From IMG/VR virus record IMGVR_UViG_3300047498_000007, positions 1 to 62,890 of that record: a DNA stretch of 62,890 nt. One strand, given 5' to 3'. The notes under the pieces were generated by a model. It saw only the letters and a list, made by a program, of their open reading frames with translations, ran no database searches and had not been told where the DNA came from. Position 1 is the stretch's first letter, and every line of letters starts with the position of its first letter. The DNA is from a virus. Made by a program: the position numbers and the translations under genes. This document shows positions 7,964-17,600 of this stretch, in pieces.

Positions 7964-8353
7964 TTACTCATTTTCCAAAGAGAACGAGGGCTTCTTGTCG
8001 GTTAATGTTAGGGCTTTGCAAATTTCTTTATATGCTCCAGGAATATTTTCCTTTACATATTTGATTGCAGTACCGTCTGGTTTCAATTCCTCTTTGAATG
8101 GAAATGGAACATTTGCCTTCCATGTCGTCTTCAATTCTTGTAAAATATCTTGATCATACTTTTCGTAGAAACCAGTTGTAATTTTAAGTCCTTCAAAATG
8201 AGTTGTGCCTTTTTCTGGCAATTTATCTTTAACTGATTCGAAAATAGCGTATTGAGCCTCTAAGACTGCTCGATCAGCAAGGTCAGCCGCCATCTTTGCG
8301 GCTTTGTAATTATCAAGTAGATTTTGATCAAGCGGATGAACTTCTTTAGCCAT
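7964..8353 (-). CDS. hypothetical protein (129 aa; the ORF is open to 8416)
   Basis: The ATG at 8353 has GGAG 7 nt upstream. The longer form starts in the divergent promoter region. Confidence 0.55.
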   Translation of the reverse strand: MAKEVHPLDQNLLDNYKAAKMAADLADRAVLEAQYAIFESVKDKLPEKGTTHFEGLKITTGFYEKYDQDILQELKTTWKANVPFPFKEELKPDGTAIKYVKENIPGAYKEICKALTLTDKKPSFSLENE

Positions 8354-8435
8354 TTTGTGCTCCATTATTTGGTTGACAATTACACCGTAATACATTAATT
8401 TACTTTTGTCAAACAAAAAATGTATGGAGTATTAC

Positions 8436-8588
8436 ATGACTAAAAGTGATAGTAAGACTACTATGGTCAGCATGAGATTGCCAATACCTTTAATTCAATG
8501 GCTTAAAAAGATCTCAAAAACTACTAATAGAACTGTTACAGGAGAAGTGATCCATCGGTTGTTAGAATCTAAAAAGCAAACCAGTTAA
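8436..8588 (+). CDS. Arc/MetJ-type ribbon-helix-helix DNA-binding protein (50 aa)
   Basis: MVSMRLPIPLIQWLKKISKTTNRTVTGEVIHRLL fits the RHH pattern. GGAG lies 6 nt upstream of ATG 8436. The ORF is open from 8406. Confidence 0.6.
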   Translation: MTKSDSKTTMVSMRLPIPLIQWLKKISKTTNRTVTGEVIHRLLESKKQTS

Positions 8589-8620
8589 CGCTTTTTAACT
8601 TCTAATTTCAGGGTATTTCT

Positions 8621-10846
8621 GTGTCATCACCATTTTCTTTATCTTATAAAAAACTTATTGCTATGGGATACAGTCCAATTCCTATTATGACGCTTAGTAA
8701 ACGTCCAGCTATTCCCAAATGGCCAGAATTCGGCATTACTCCTGCCGATGAATCGACACTTGAACGATGGAGTTATTGGCCAGGAATGAATGTCGGAGTA
8801 TGTGGTGGTGTAGGTGGAAAAATTGTTATTGCTGATCTTGACCATAATATAGATGGTTTACACGAAAAAATTAAATCAATACTCCCACCGTCGCCTGTTG
8901 GTAAAACAGGAGCGATAGGTGAAAGTTGGTTTTATCAATTCAATGGCCAGAAAAGTCAGGGATTTTCTAAAGACGGTCAACGAGTTTTAGATATTCTTTC
9001 TCAAGGCCGTCAAACCGTTATACCGCCAAGTATACATCCAAATGGACATCCTTATCGTTGGATCACAAAACAAACATTAGAAGATACGCCATCCTATGAA
9101 CTACCAAACATATCCATCCAACATCTTCATGAGATCGCAGCTTTATTTAAATCACAACCAATTTTGCATGTTCCAGAGCCGAGACACACTGAAGTCTATG
9201 CCGACACAACCACAGAAGAAATAGCAGCAGCATTAGAATATATCGATGCCGAAGATTACAGTAGTTGGATAAACGTAGGGATGTGTCTTAAAGATAAATT
9301 AAGACAAAAAGGTTTTCAACTTTGGGACAACTGGAGTGCTAAATCTCAAAAATACAAACAATCTGAAATGCAAACAAAATGGAATAGCTTTAAAGGCAGT
9401 GGACTAACTATAGCGTCAATTTTTTTTACGGCGATGGACTCAGGATACATCAACACACCATCAGAATTCCTTGATGCAGTGTATGAAGATTTCGAACTTG
9501 ATGGCAAAAAAACAGGCTACTCTAAACCGGAGACAGTAGCTGCAACTGTAATTACAGAAATTGAGAAACCCAAAAAAACAGATCTTGTTACTTTTCCTTC
9601 AGAACTTTTAAAGGCTCCAGGATTGCCTGGGCATATCGCTGAATTTATAAATCGTACTTCTCTTATGCCTCAACCAGTGTTGGCGCTCGCAGCAAGTCTA
9701 GCTGCTGCAGGATCTCTGATGGGCCGCAAGGTTCGTGGTGATACCAATGTAAGGACTAATATTTATATTCTTGGATTAGCTCCTTCTGGATCTGGAAAAG
9801 ATCACGCTCGAACAATTATCAAACGCATGTTCCATGATACAGGACTTGGCAAATTAGAATTGGGAGTCCCTGCTTCCAGTGCTGGCCTCGTTAGTGCCTT
9901 ACAGGCAAGTGGTGAAGGTAGAGGCATTGTTCTATGGGACGAATTTGGGAGAGTTTTAAAACAAATCATGGGACCGAAAGCTGGTACTCATGAGCGTGAT
10001 ATTGTCACTGCCATGATGGAATTGTTTTCATCTTCTCAATCAATTTATATGGGTAAGTCTTATGCTAATCACGATGGTAAAAAACCATCCAAACCTATAG
10101 ACCAGCCATGTCTTTCGATTTATGGGACAAGTGTTCCTTCTCACTTCTATGATTCATTATCAGGCAGTGACGCAATTGATGGATTTCTATCTCGATGGTT
10201 ATTGTTTGAGTCGAAGGACTACACCATGGAAGAAGAAGATCCAGAATTAGCTTTTTCTGCTGTTCCTCAAGCCATGATTGATTTGTGCAAAAAGTGGAAA
10301 GAAATGCCCTTTAATTCTGATGTTAACAAAGGCAACTTGGATGATGCTGTGAGGGTAGTGCCAAAATTAATTCCTTGCAGTCCACAGGCCAGTGTTCACT
10401 TAAAGGCTTTTGCTACAGATACAAGGAAATCTGCCATGAAGAAGGAGCTTTCAGGTGATATAACAGGCTCTATTTGGTCAAGAGCTGGAGAGCACGCTAG
10501 ACGATTGGCTCTCATAGGTTGTGAAGGTGATGTCATAGAATTAAAAGTTGCAGAGTGGGCCGTGAAACTAGCTAAGAATTGTTGCGATTATATGTCTTAT
10601 GCAATTAATGATTATGTATCTTCATCAGAACTTGAATCACAAACCAAACGTGTTCTACGTTATGTGAGAGACAGAAAATCAGCAGGAGATGGATGGATTA
10701 GCCGGGCTGAATTAACAAGGGCATTTCAAGCAATCCAAGCTAGAACTAGAAATGAAATTTTATCCTCACTAGCAGAACGTGGCGAGTTGATAGAGGAAAG
10801 ACACGCTGGCTCTGGCCGTCCAAAAATACGTTATAAGGCTACCTAA
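8621..10846 (+). CDS. Prim-Pol primase/polymerase + PriCT-2 + DUF3987-type helicase/NTPase
   Basis: IADLDH and VIPPSIHPNGHPYRW indicate Prim-Pol. SSWINVGMCLK...LWDNWSAKSQKY...KWNSF indicates PriCT-2. GLAPSGSGKD is a Walker A and VLWDEFG a Walker B. The start codon is GTG. Confidence 0.85.
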   Translation: MSSPFSLSYKKLIAMGYSPIPIMTLSKRPAIPKWPEFGITPADESTLERWSYWPGMNVGVCGGVGGKIVIADLDHNIDGLHEKIKSILPPSPVGKTGAIGESWFYQFNGQKSQGFSKDGQRVLDILSQGRQTVIPPSIHPNGHPYRWITKQTLEDTPSYELPNISIQHLHEIAALFKSQPILHVPEPRHTEVYADTTTEEIAAALEYIDAEDYSSWINVGMCLKDKLRQKGFQLWDNWSAKSQKYKQSEMQTKWNSFKGSGLTIASIFFTAMDSGYINTPSEFLDAVYEDFELDGKKTGYSKPETVAATVITEIEKPKKTDLVTFPSELLKAPGLPGHIAEFINRTSLMPQPVLALAASLAAAGSLMGRKVRGDTNVRTNIYILGLAPSGSGKDHARTIIKRMFHDTGLGKLELGVPASSAGLVSALQASGEGRGIVLWDEFGRVLKQIMGPKAGTHERDIVTAMMELFSSSQSIYMGKSYANHDGKKPSKPIDQPCLSIYGTSVPSHFYDSLSGSDAIDGFLSRWLLFESKDYTMEEEDPELAFSAVPQAMIDLCKKWKEMPFNSDVNKGNLDDAVRVVPKLIPCSPQASVHLKAFATDTRKSAMKKELSGDITGSIWSRAGEHARRLALIGCEGDVIELKVAEWAVKLAKNCCDYMSYAINDYVSSSELESQTKRVLRYVRDRKSAGDGWISRAELTRAFQAIQARTRNEILSSLAERGELIEERHAGSGRPKIRYKAT

Positions 10847-11036
10847 TTTTCTGAATATTAGGAATATATATTGCTTTGCGTTTCCTGGTTTTCTCTTTTG
10901 GAGCAGGAACATATGTAATTCTTAAGTGATTTTCGCAATACGGCCTTCCAACAACAGTTGGCTCTCCGCAGAATACTATATTTGGCACATGACCATTTGG
11001 ATATAGACAACAACCACTTGGCGGAAAATGAATCAT
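10839..11036 (-). CDS. GcrA C-terminal-domain-like protein (65 aa)
   Basis: CCLYPNGHVPNIVFCGEPTVVGRPYCENHLRITY matches the remembered GcrA C-terminal motif C-x-W/Y-P-x-G...F-C-G...G-x-P-Y-C-x-x-H...Y. No N-terminal HTH is present. Confidence 0.6.
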   Translation of the reverse strand: MIHFPPSGCCLYPNGHVPNIVFCGEPTVVGRPYCENHLRITYVPAPKEKTRKRKAIYIPNIQKIR

Positions 11037-11182
11037 TTTGCTTTCCCCATGATTTTATAGAGTTGATAAATAACTTCACCAGAAAATGTGCGTTTACTTG
11101 ATTTTCTACGTTGGTTTATCCAATCTATAATATCCATGGGAAAACGAATTGCTTTGTAAATTTTCTCAATCATTCTGTCCTC

Positions 11183-11210
11183 TTGACTTTTAAGATATTT
11201 GTGTTACACT
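11183..11210 (+). promoter_or_regulatory. sigma70-like promoter candidate (TTGACT-N16-TACACT) overlapping a tandem TGTTACAC x2 repeat
   Basis: It lies in the divergent intergenic region 11037..11254. The -35 is at 11183..11188 and the -10 at 11205..11210. TGTTACAC occurs at 11202..11209 and again at 11210..11217. Confidence 0.3.
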
Positions 11211-11254
11211 GTTACACAATAAATATCAAGCACTATAACCATCGGGAGTTAAGT

Positions 11255-11725
11255 ATGAGTAAAAAAGTTGAGCCGACTCAATCTGAAATTGAAGCCGCAC
11301 AAAAGATTGATGTGCAAGCAGCCACTCTTGTTGGCACAGTACGAGATGATGTTTTGAGCATTTTCAAAAATCATGGTGATTGGAAAAAAATTCCAGAAGC
11401 CAAGCAACGTGATATCGCTCATGCTGCTGAACAGCTTTCAAAAGATCTAGTTAGAAAAGTCTCCCGCATTATTGCAGGTAGAGGATTCGCCTCTATCCAT
11501 GGTAATTTGCAAGCTATCAATGTCAAAGATGGATTGAAGCTTACAATCTCTGCTTCCAAGTCTGTTGAGTGCAGACGTGAACTTATGGACCATCAAGGTG
11601 GAAGTGTGACGATTGTTCTAGCGGACATTTCTCCATATATGATGGAACGCTCTGAGCCTGACATCGATGTTGATGAACCATTGCTGCCGATCGTAGAGAA
11701 GCCAGTTAAATCAAAAAAGAGGTAG
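11255..11725 (+). CDS. hypothetical protein (156 aa; the ORF is open from 11111)
   Basis: ATG 11255 is preceded by GGGAG. The upstream extension is AT-rich and low in complexity, and it overlaps the promoter region. Confidence 0.6.
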   Translation: MSKKVEPTQSEIEAAQKIDVQAATLVGTVRDDVLSIFKNHGDWKKIPEAKQRDIAHAAEQLSKDLVRKVSRIIAGRGFASIHGNLQAINVKDGLKLTISASKSVECRRELMDHQGGSVTIVLADISPYMMERSEPDIDVDEPLLPIVEKPVKSKKR

Positions 11726-11727
11726 AT

Positions 11728-11973
11728 ATGTCTAATTTCTCATTAATATTTGAACCACAAAACCTGCAAGTAGTTACAAACACTGCTTTTTTGGTTTCCT
11801 TATTTTGGCTAAGTTTGATCTGCATACTTGCAGCACTTCATGATCCAAATAGTGGAAAATCTTATGAGAATTATAATAAAAAAGAAGAGATAATTACTTA
11901 CAGGCCAATCTCAAAATCTAAGCCAGTGCAGAAAAAGAAATCAAGTAAACCCAAACAAAGGAGAAAGTCATGA
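11728..11973 (+). CDS. small membrane protein with Lys-rich tail (81 aa)
   Basis: TM segment AFLVSLFWLSLICILAAL. The C-terminus is KKKSSKPKQRRKS. Confidence 0.5.
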   Translation: MSNFSLIFEPQNLQVVTNTAFLVSLFWLSLICILAALHDPNSGKSYENYNKKEEIITYRPISKSKPVQKKKSSKPKQRRKS

Positions 11974-12242
11974 AAAAGTTAGTATTGTTATCTCTCGTTG
12001 CATTGTTTGCAATGGGCGTAAGTAAGTCACAAGCTCATCCGATCGTTCCGATCGTTTTGCCGTTGGATGCTGCCGGATCAACATTCTTCTCGATCCCTTT
12101 CGCCGCAGCCACAGCAGTTATGATTACATCGCCCTTATGGATTAACGTCGATGCATGGACGCCAGTAGCTTCTAAGGTCAGTTATGAATATCCAGACCAC
12201 GGAGTTAAATTTGGAAATAAAGATTTTGAGGCCGGACGATAA
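11970..12242 (+). CDS. secreted small protein (90 aa)
   Basis: Signal-peptide-like N-terminus MKKLVLLSLVALFAMGVSKSQA|HP. ATGA overlap with the upstream gene. Confidence 0.5.
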   Translation: MKKLVLLSLVALFAMGVSKSQAHPIVPIVLPLDAAGSTFFSIPFAAATAVMITSPLWINVDAWTPVASKVSYEYPDHGVKFGNKDFEAGR

Positions 12243-12265
12243 TATTAAGAATAAGTATTAATGAA

Positions 12266-12294
12266 GGGGTCGCATTAACCTGCGATCCCTTTTT
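12266..12294. terminator. bidirectional rho-independent terminator at a convergent junction
   Basis: GGGGTCGCA-ttaacc-TGCGATCCC followed by TTTTT on the plus strand. The stop codon of the minus-strand lipase gene lies in the loop. Confidence 0.65.
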
Positions 12295-12892
12295 CATATA
12301 ATAAAATATTATGCCAAGCCATAAGACCTTCATGCCAATCAGTAGGTGTTTCTTGAAGCGCAATTGGCTCCACAGCAGCTACAGCTAATTCTGTCCCTAT
12401 CACAAGCGGGACATCAGTTACAGGGTCCACGCCATTCTTATATGAGGATTTAGCGTATGGCGCTAAGAATTGGGCGAATTGTTGGCATCCTGGCTTGGGA
12501 GATCCGAAGGTTGTGATCTTGGCTGGAACACCTCCCGCAAGGATATATCTCCCCGCCGCCAACTGAGCGCGCGCTGCCCCAAGGCTATGGCCGACGAAAG
12601 ATGTACCTGCACTGAGATAGGGGGCAACTTTGGCAAAGAACTCATCTAAACCCTCATCAAATCCATCGTGAATTGTGCCAAATTGAGGGTGAGATTTTGG
12701 ATAACCTAGTTTAAAGACTTCAAAATCCTTCATCCAATCAGAGAATGTATAGGAACCGCGAAAGACTAAAACATTATTCTTAAGACCTGCACAGATTCCG
12801 TCCGGTGCTGTTCCATCATAATATTTGTCCCAACCCTGAAAAGATGAGTCATAGATGGTGGCAGCTAACCGGACAAGATCTGCGTCTTCCAT
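12275..12892 (-). CDS. class-3 lipase / alpha-beta hydrolase
   Basis: Nucleophile elbow FVGHSLGAARAQ (GxSxG). A downstream GVDPVTDVP resembles the Lipase_3 Asp block. It is the last gene of the late/lysis operon. Confidence 0.7.
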   Translation of the reverse strand: MEDADLVRLAATIYDSSFQGWDKYYDGTAPDGICAGLKNNVLVFRGSYTFSDWMKDFEVFKLGYPKSHPQFGTIHDGFDEGLDEFFAKVAPYLSAGTSFVGHSLGAARAQLAAGRYILAGGVPAKITTFGSPKPGCQQFAQFLAPYAKSSYKNGVDPVTDVPLVIGTELAVAAVEPIALQETPTDWHEGLMAWHNILLYEKGIAG

Positions 12893-12894
12893 AA

Positions 12895-13251
12895 TTAGGC
12901 AGCGGCAGGAGGCGTGACTGTTGGAGCAGGCGTTGGAGTAACTACTGGAGCCGGTGTAGGAGTCGCGGCAGCTGTAGCCGCAGCCTCTGCCATAGCAACC
13001 ATCGCAGGAATCTGTGTATCAATAAAGGTTTGCAACAACGTGGCTGTATCTTTTAAAGCTGCAGAAGTGCCCGTAGGAACCAAAGCTGCTACAGCAGCCT
13101 GAAATGCAACGCCTTGGGCCACTGCCGTCTCGACAGTGGGATTGGTTTTCACTGCCGTTAAGTAAGCATCAACAGGTGCTTGGAAGATTACAGACTCATC
13201 TTGCAAAAGAGTGCCAAAGAGGGTCGCTGCGAAAACTGATAGTTGTGACAT
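12895..13251 (-). CDS. Ala-rich protein with Pro/Thr C-terminal linker (118 aa)
   Basis: ORF with a C-terminal TPTPAPVVTPTPAPTVTPPAAA. Function unknown. Confidence 0.5.
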   Translation of the reverse strand: MSQLSVFAATLFGTLLQDESVIFQAPVDAYLTAVKTNPTVETAVAQGVAFQAAVAALVPTGTSAALKDTATLLQTFIDTQIPAMVAMAEAAATAAATPTPAPVVTPTPAPTVTPPAAA

Positions 13252-13263
13252 GTGATATCTCCG

Positions 13264-13509
13264 TTAAGTTTTTGAGTTTAGCCATTTGGACAAAAGGACG
13301 TGGCCGATCATGGCAAATAACATAACCACGGTTGTAAATATTGTTTGTAGACCCTGCTCGACAGCTTCAGGGGGGATTGCTTCAGCAGGATGAGCAGCAT
13401 GGTAGTAATACGTAAAGACAGTTGCGATCGCTCCACCCAACGTAGAGGCCGTCAAGCCTGTGGCAATAATGCCTCCTCTATTTTGTGGTTGAACATCTGT
13501 CATGGACAT
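13264..13509 (-). CDS. holin-like two-TM membrane protein (81 aa)
   Basis: Two hydrophobic helices (GGIIATGLTASTLGGAIATVFTYYY and TIFTTVVMLFAMIGHVLL). Located in the lysis cassette. Confidence 0.5.
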   Translation of the reverse strand: MSMTDVQPQNRGGIIATGLTASTLGGAIATVFTYYYHAAHPAEAIPPEAVEQGLQTIFTTVVMLFAMIGHVLLSKWLNSKT

Positions 13510-13549
13510 AAAATTACCAAAAATAGTTAATTATTTCAAGTGTAAATTG

Positions 13550-13936
13550 TTAAGTCGTCGGCCCCTTTAATTGCCTGTCAAGACAAACCTTTAACGAAGT
13601 ACGTTCTATTTCTCTAAGGGCATCAGGTTTTATTGTAAAGACAGTATCTTTTTGATCATTAAGGAATGTGGCAACTACTGGAATACCATCTTTTTGATCA
13701 TCAACATTTAGGCAAACATCATTGGGTGTTAATTCTTTCAGAACATCAGGATTGACTTTTGTTCCAAAGCAAACCTCACGTTTTGCGTGAGTGAAAGACA
13801 TACCCATAAGTCCGATTACAAAGGGACCCTTCTCTGAAGGAACTACCACTTTTGCGATAGCGCCTGTAATGTCACATTCTCCAGCATTGGCGACCATACT
13901 TGTCGCTATCAATGCAGCGGCTAGAAAATTCCTCAT
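13550..13936 (-). CDS. secreted protein (128 aa), lysis-cassette associated
   Basis: Signal peptide MRNFLAAALIATSMVANA|GE. I recognised no lipobox. Confidence 0.5.
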   Translation of the reverse strand: MRNFLAAALIATSMVANAGECDITGAIAKVVVPSEKGPFVIGLMGMSFTHAKREVCFGTKVNPDVLKELTPNDVCLNVDDQKDGIPVVATFLNDQKDTVFTIKPDALREIERTSLKVCLDRQLKGPTT

Positions 13937-14349
13937 GTGTTTGTCCTCCAGTTTTTTGTTTCAAAATGATCCAAATCCACCGGATGGTGCCACTCACCAC
14001 CCCACGTCATACCAAGAGATTCGCCAATGGTTCCTGCTTGGTGGTATCGGGGATCTGCGCCGCTTGAGACATAAGTTCCGTCGCTCTCAAATACTCCAAA
14101 ATCGAATGCCTGTGCTGCGGGATTTCCCGCGCTATCAACGCAATTGTGAGCGCTCTGACCACCTTTAAGCTCAGTGATAATTTTACCAGCTGCTGTTCTT
14201 CCTTGTGCATAGTCAACATCTTGTTCCTCGTTTGAACGATAAGTACAAATTAATTTTACAATGATTCCTTGATCTGCACATTGATCAATAAAATCTTGTG
14301 CTATTGGCTGAAGAGAGGCTGATAAATCTTTTATATCGCGTGAGGCCAT
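13933..14349 (-). CDS. endolysin, peptidase M15 (VanY / L-alanyl-D-glutamate peptidase-like)
   Basis: Zn ligand blocks QSAHN...AFDF and VDLDHFE. Confidence 0.8.
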   Translation of the reverse strand: MASRDIKDLSASLQPIAQDFIDQCADQGIIVKLICTYRSNEEQDVDYAQGRTAAGKIITELKGGQSAHNCVDSAGNPAAQAFDFGVFESDGTYVSSGADPRYHQAGTIGESLGMTWGGEWHHPVDLDHFETKNWRTNT

Positions 14350-14351
14350 CT

Positions 14352-14621
14352 TTATAAGTGCATCAGTTTAATAATGATTTCTCCCACGACGGCCATCGTG
14401 CCTCCGGCACCCCCGACGGCTGCGGCAGTCCATGCTTTATTTTGAGATGAAGCCCCACGATTCTCTGCTTGCTCAATCTGCACTGTTCCGAGACGACTTG
14501 TTAGGTGATCAACAGCAGCTGTATTTTCTTTAAGTGCAACTTTTAAGTCCTTCATATCATCCTCATAATTGTTCATTCTGTTCTCTATCACAGCAACTTT
14601 TTGTTCAATTGGAACTGACAT
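14352..14621 (-). CDS. tail-anchored membrane protein (89 aa), putative lysis accessory or holin
   Basis: N-terminal coiled coil and a C-terminal TM (AWTAAAVGGAGGTMAVVGEIIIKL). It sits immediately upstream of the endolysin. Confidence 0.45.
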   Translation of the reverse strand: MSVPIEQKVAVIENRMNNYEDDMKDLKVALKENTAAVDHLTSRLGTVQIEQAENRGASSQNKAWTAAAVGGAGGTMAVVGEIIIKLMHL

Positions 14622-14645
14622 TTTTTATCTTCCTGTCCATATTTT

Positions 14646-17600
14646 CTAATGGGGGGTCCCATTAAACCAAAGTTTATCACCAGATGTCGTGGCTCCGGTT
14701 AAAGCACAAGTTGTCTGTGTAGAAGCACTCATAGCAAAGTTAACACCAGTTGTTAAATCACCACCAACGCAATTCCAGCCATTTGGTACTGTTGGAAGCG
14801 TGAGAGTTAATGTGCATGTGCTTGTTGTACCACTCGTCACCCCACCACTATAAATACCGCCATTCAGAGCACTAAATGAGCAGCCAGATACGGTTGGAAT
14901 AACTGTTGTGTCAATAACAGGAAGACCTCCAATGTTTCTTTTATAATGTGTGATCGCGGTATTAGCAGGATTTTCGAACGCTGTATTAAAGCCTTGGCGT
15001 TCTTCTCCACCATCAAAAATTACATAATCAACAGACGCACTACCAGTAGTGGAGAGAACATATTTTGATTGTTGGCTGCTAGGAGCGCCTGCGCCTCCAA
15101 AGTTGTGGTAATCCATACTAACGCCAGAAAATGATATGTCTGACCCAGTGCCGCCTAATAAAACTTGAGAATAGGCAGAGCTTCCTGGGTTGCAGTCATT
15201 TCCTTGCATCCACCCGCCAGTGATTTGAAGGTGTCCCCATCCTGATCCTACAGTTGCGACAGCACATTGAGTCGCCTGCCATTGAACGCCTGTAAGTTGA
15301 GTATTTGTCACACTATCAAATATAACCCCATATCCTCCGCTTTCGAATCTCCCACCAGTCATGTGGCTTGAATTCGAGCCAAAGCCAGAAGAAGAAGGGC
15401 CGTCATACCAGTTGGTGTTGTAATTATTAGTAAATACAGTATTTTCAAGATTAAAATCTGTTAGGCTACCATTGACTCCAATTCCGTTTTCACCAAACCA
15501 ACCATTCCTAATAAAACCAGTCCCACTAACATTTGGTGGAGAGGAAGTTATTGTTATTGTGCCTGTGGCTGATGAGCTTTGGCTAAGAATGTAAGTGCCT
15601 GCAGCTCCGCCAGGAGGGGCGGAATTAATAACAGAATTGGCTGCTATACCTGTGCCGGTGACAGTTCTGCCGACAGCAAGAAAGTCTGATGGGTTGCTCG
15701 GGTAATTAGCTAAGGCATTCGATGTGATAGCTGTAATCGTCATTGTATTGCCAGTTACAGAGCCCGTGGCAGTAATCGTTTTGCTCCAATCAAGTGGCGT
15801 GCCGAATCCTACTGGGCATTGAGTGACGCCAACATGATCGAGCGTTACCCAATCAGCATTCAGCCCAGCTTGAGCTGTGAATCCAAAACCTGCAGAAGAT
15901 TGACCCTGTGGGAGATAAGGAAAACTAGCGCATATTAATACAAAATCTTTAAACCTGGTTCCATAGGTGGTGTTTAAATTAATCCCCATGTTATTTGCAA
16001 CGGGAGAACCACTTGAATTATCTACGTCATCTGAAAATCCATTAAATGCCACATATAGGGGGGTAGCATCTTGATTGGGATAACCAGTTAATTGGTTGTA
16101 TCCCATACCTCCCTCATTGCCGACAAGAGCTGTATGGTTTGCCATAACTAAATTATGGATTAAGCAATTAGCAGGGAGTGAAACAATACCGCCACCCAAT
16201 TGTGATGCCTTGGAAGCAGATTGAATTGCGAATGTATCATCTCTAGCAGTTGCAGGATTATTTGGATTTGACGGATAGCCGCCCATAACAGCATTTTTGT
16301 TTGACGTGTTGGACACCATATTGGCTCCTAGTGCCGCACAATTTGTAGAGCTAGAACATGTAAATGTTCCACTACCATTTGTAAATGTAGCGCCATTGGC
16401 GACCACAGCGGCGACATATGTAGTTGGCCCTTGATCCGTGTCATATCCTACGGAGAAAACTTTTCCTACATCGCCGCCCCCGAATTGGGTAGCTACACCT
16501 GGTTGGAATGTGTAATTATTTACTGTAACGAGAGGAGAGTTTGCTATCGTGTTGACCCCATTTTGGAGGGGATCGCCGTTAAACTGTTGAGTAAATAATT
16601 GAGTATTACATGTAGCCCCAAAATCCAAAGGATCTAATGCTCTGTTGGGGTTTAAGACTCCCTGAATAGCCGATGTGAATGCTTCAGCTATATGGCCTTG
16701 GCCAGTCGAGTTGTAATGGAAGGTCGATCCAAGAATATCTGTGGAGAAATTAAAATATTTTTGTACGTTAGCAAATACAACAGATAATCCATCAGCAGCT
16801 AATTGATTAGCTTGCGTCATTTGGTCTGTATTAAACGCAGCAATTGCTGTTGGATAAGTAGTAGACGTGTAAGCCTGCCCACCCAATACAACTGTTGGAG
16901 AGCTTCCTGGTAAAGGCACTCCAGGAGGTGTTCCAATTCCTTCAATAATTACTGTATTACTTGAAGATGTTGAAGATGTAACAGCGATATTGACTGTATG
17001 AGCACCAGCAACAGAAACCGGAATTCTAATACCGCCAAGAGTGAAACTGCTTAATGTGGGAGAATAAGTAAATGCATTATTGCCTTGCGTTGCAACCGTT
17101 GTTGTCGGGCCGCTATCAAGTCGATAAGTGAATGTTCCACCATTGCTGCCGTTCATACGGAACCAGAGATAGATTGGACCACCATTGGTGGTTGTGCTTA
17201 AAGCTAAAGTGCTGCCGTTTGTTTGGGAAACAACGCCATAAGATCCTCCGTATCCAGAATCATTTGACCAAGAGCCAGTTTGTGTCCCGGCTTGTCCATA
17301 AACTTTATAAGCATTAGGAACAGCCATCCATGTCAAAGCGCCCATGCGACATGTGCTTGTGTCTTGAAGATGTTGTGTATAAAATCCGCCTCCATATCCA
17401 ACATCTTCAGAACTTGGTAGCCATGTAACAAAGTTGTTTCCTTGTAGAGTTGAGTTGCTATTAGGCACAATTTCAGTATTGACAACATCACAATCTAGGT
17501 GGCTGAAATCATTTAAAATGTAATAAGTTGGTCCCAATCCTAATCCTTTTGCTACTATTGCAGCGTAGCCATTTGTCAATGGCTGATATTGAGCATTATA

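Noticed and set aside
11111-11254. 48-codon N-terminal extension of the 11255..11725 gene.
   Set aside because: The extension starts at a non-ATG codon, is AT-rich and hydrophobic low-complexity sequence, and overlaps the promoter-like region. ATG 11255 has a good GGGAG SD.
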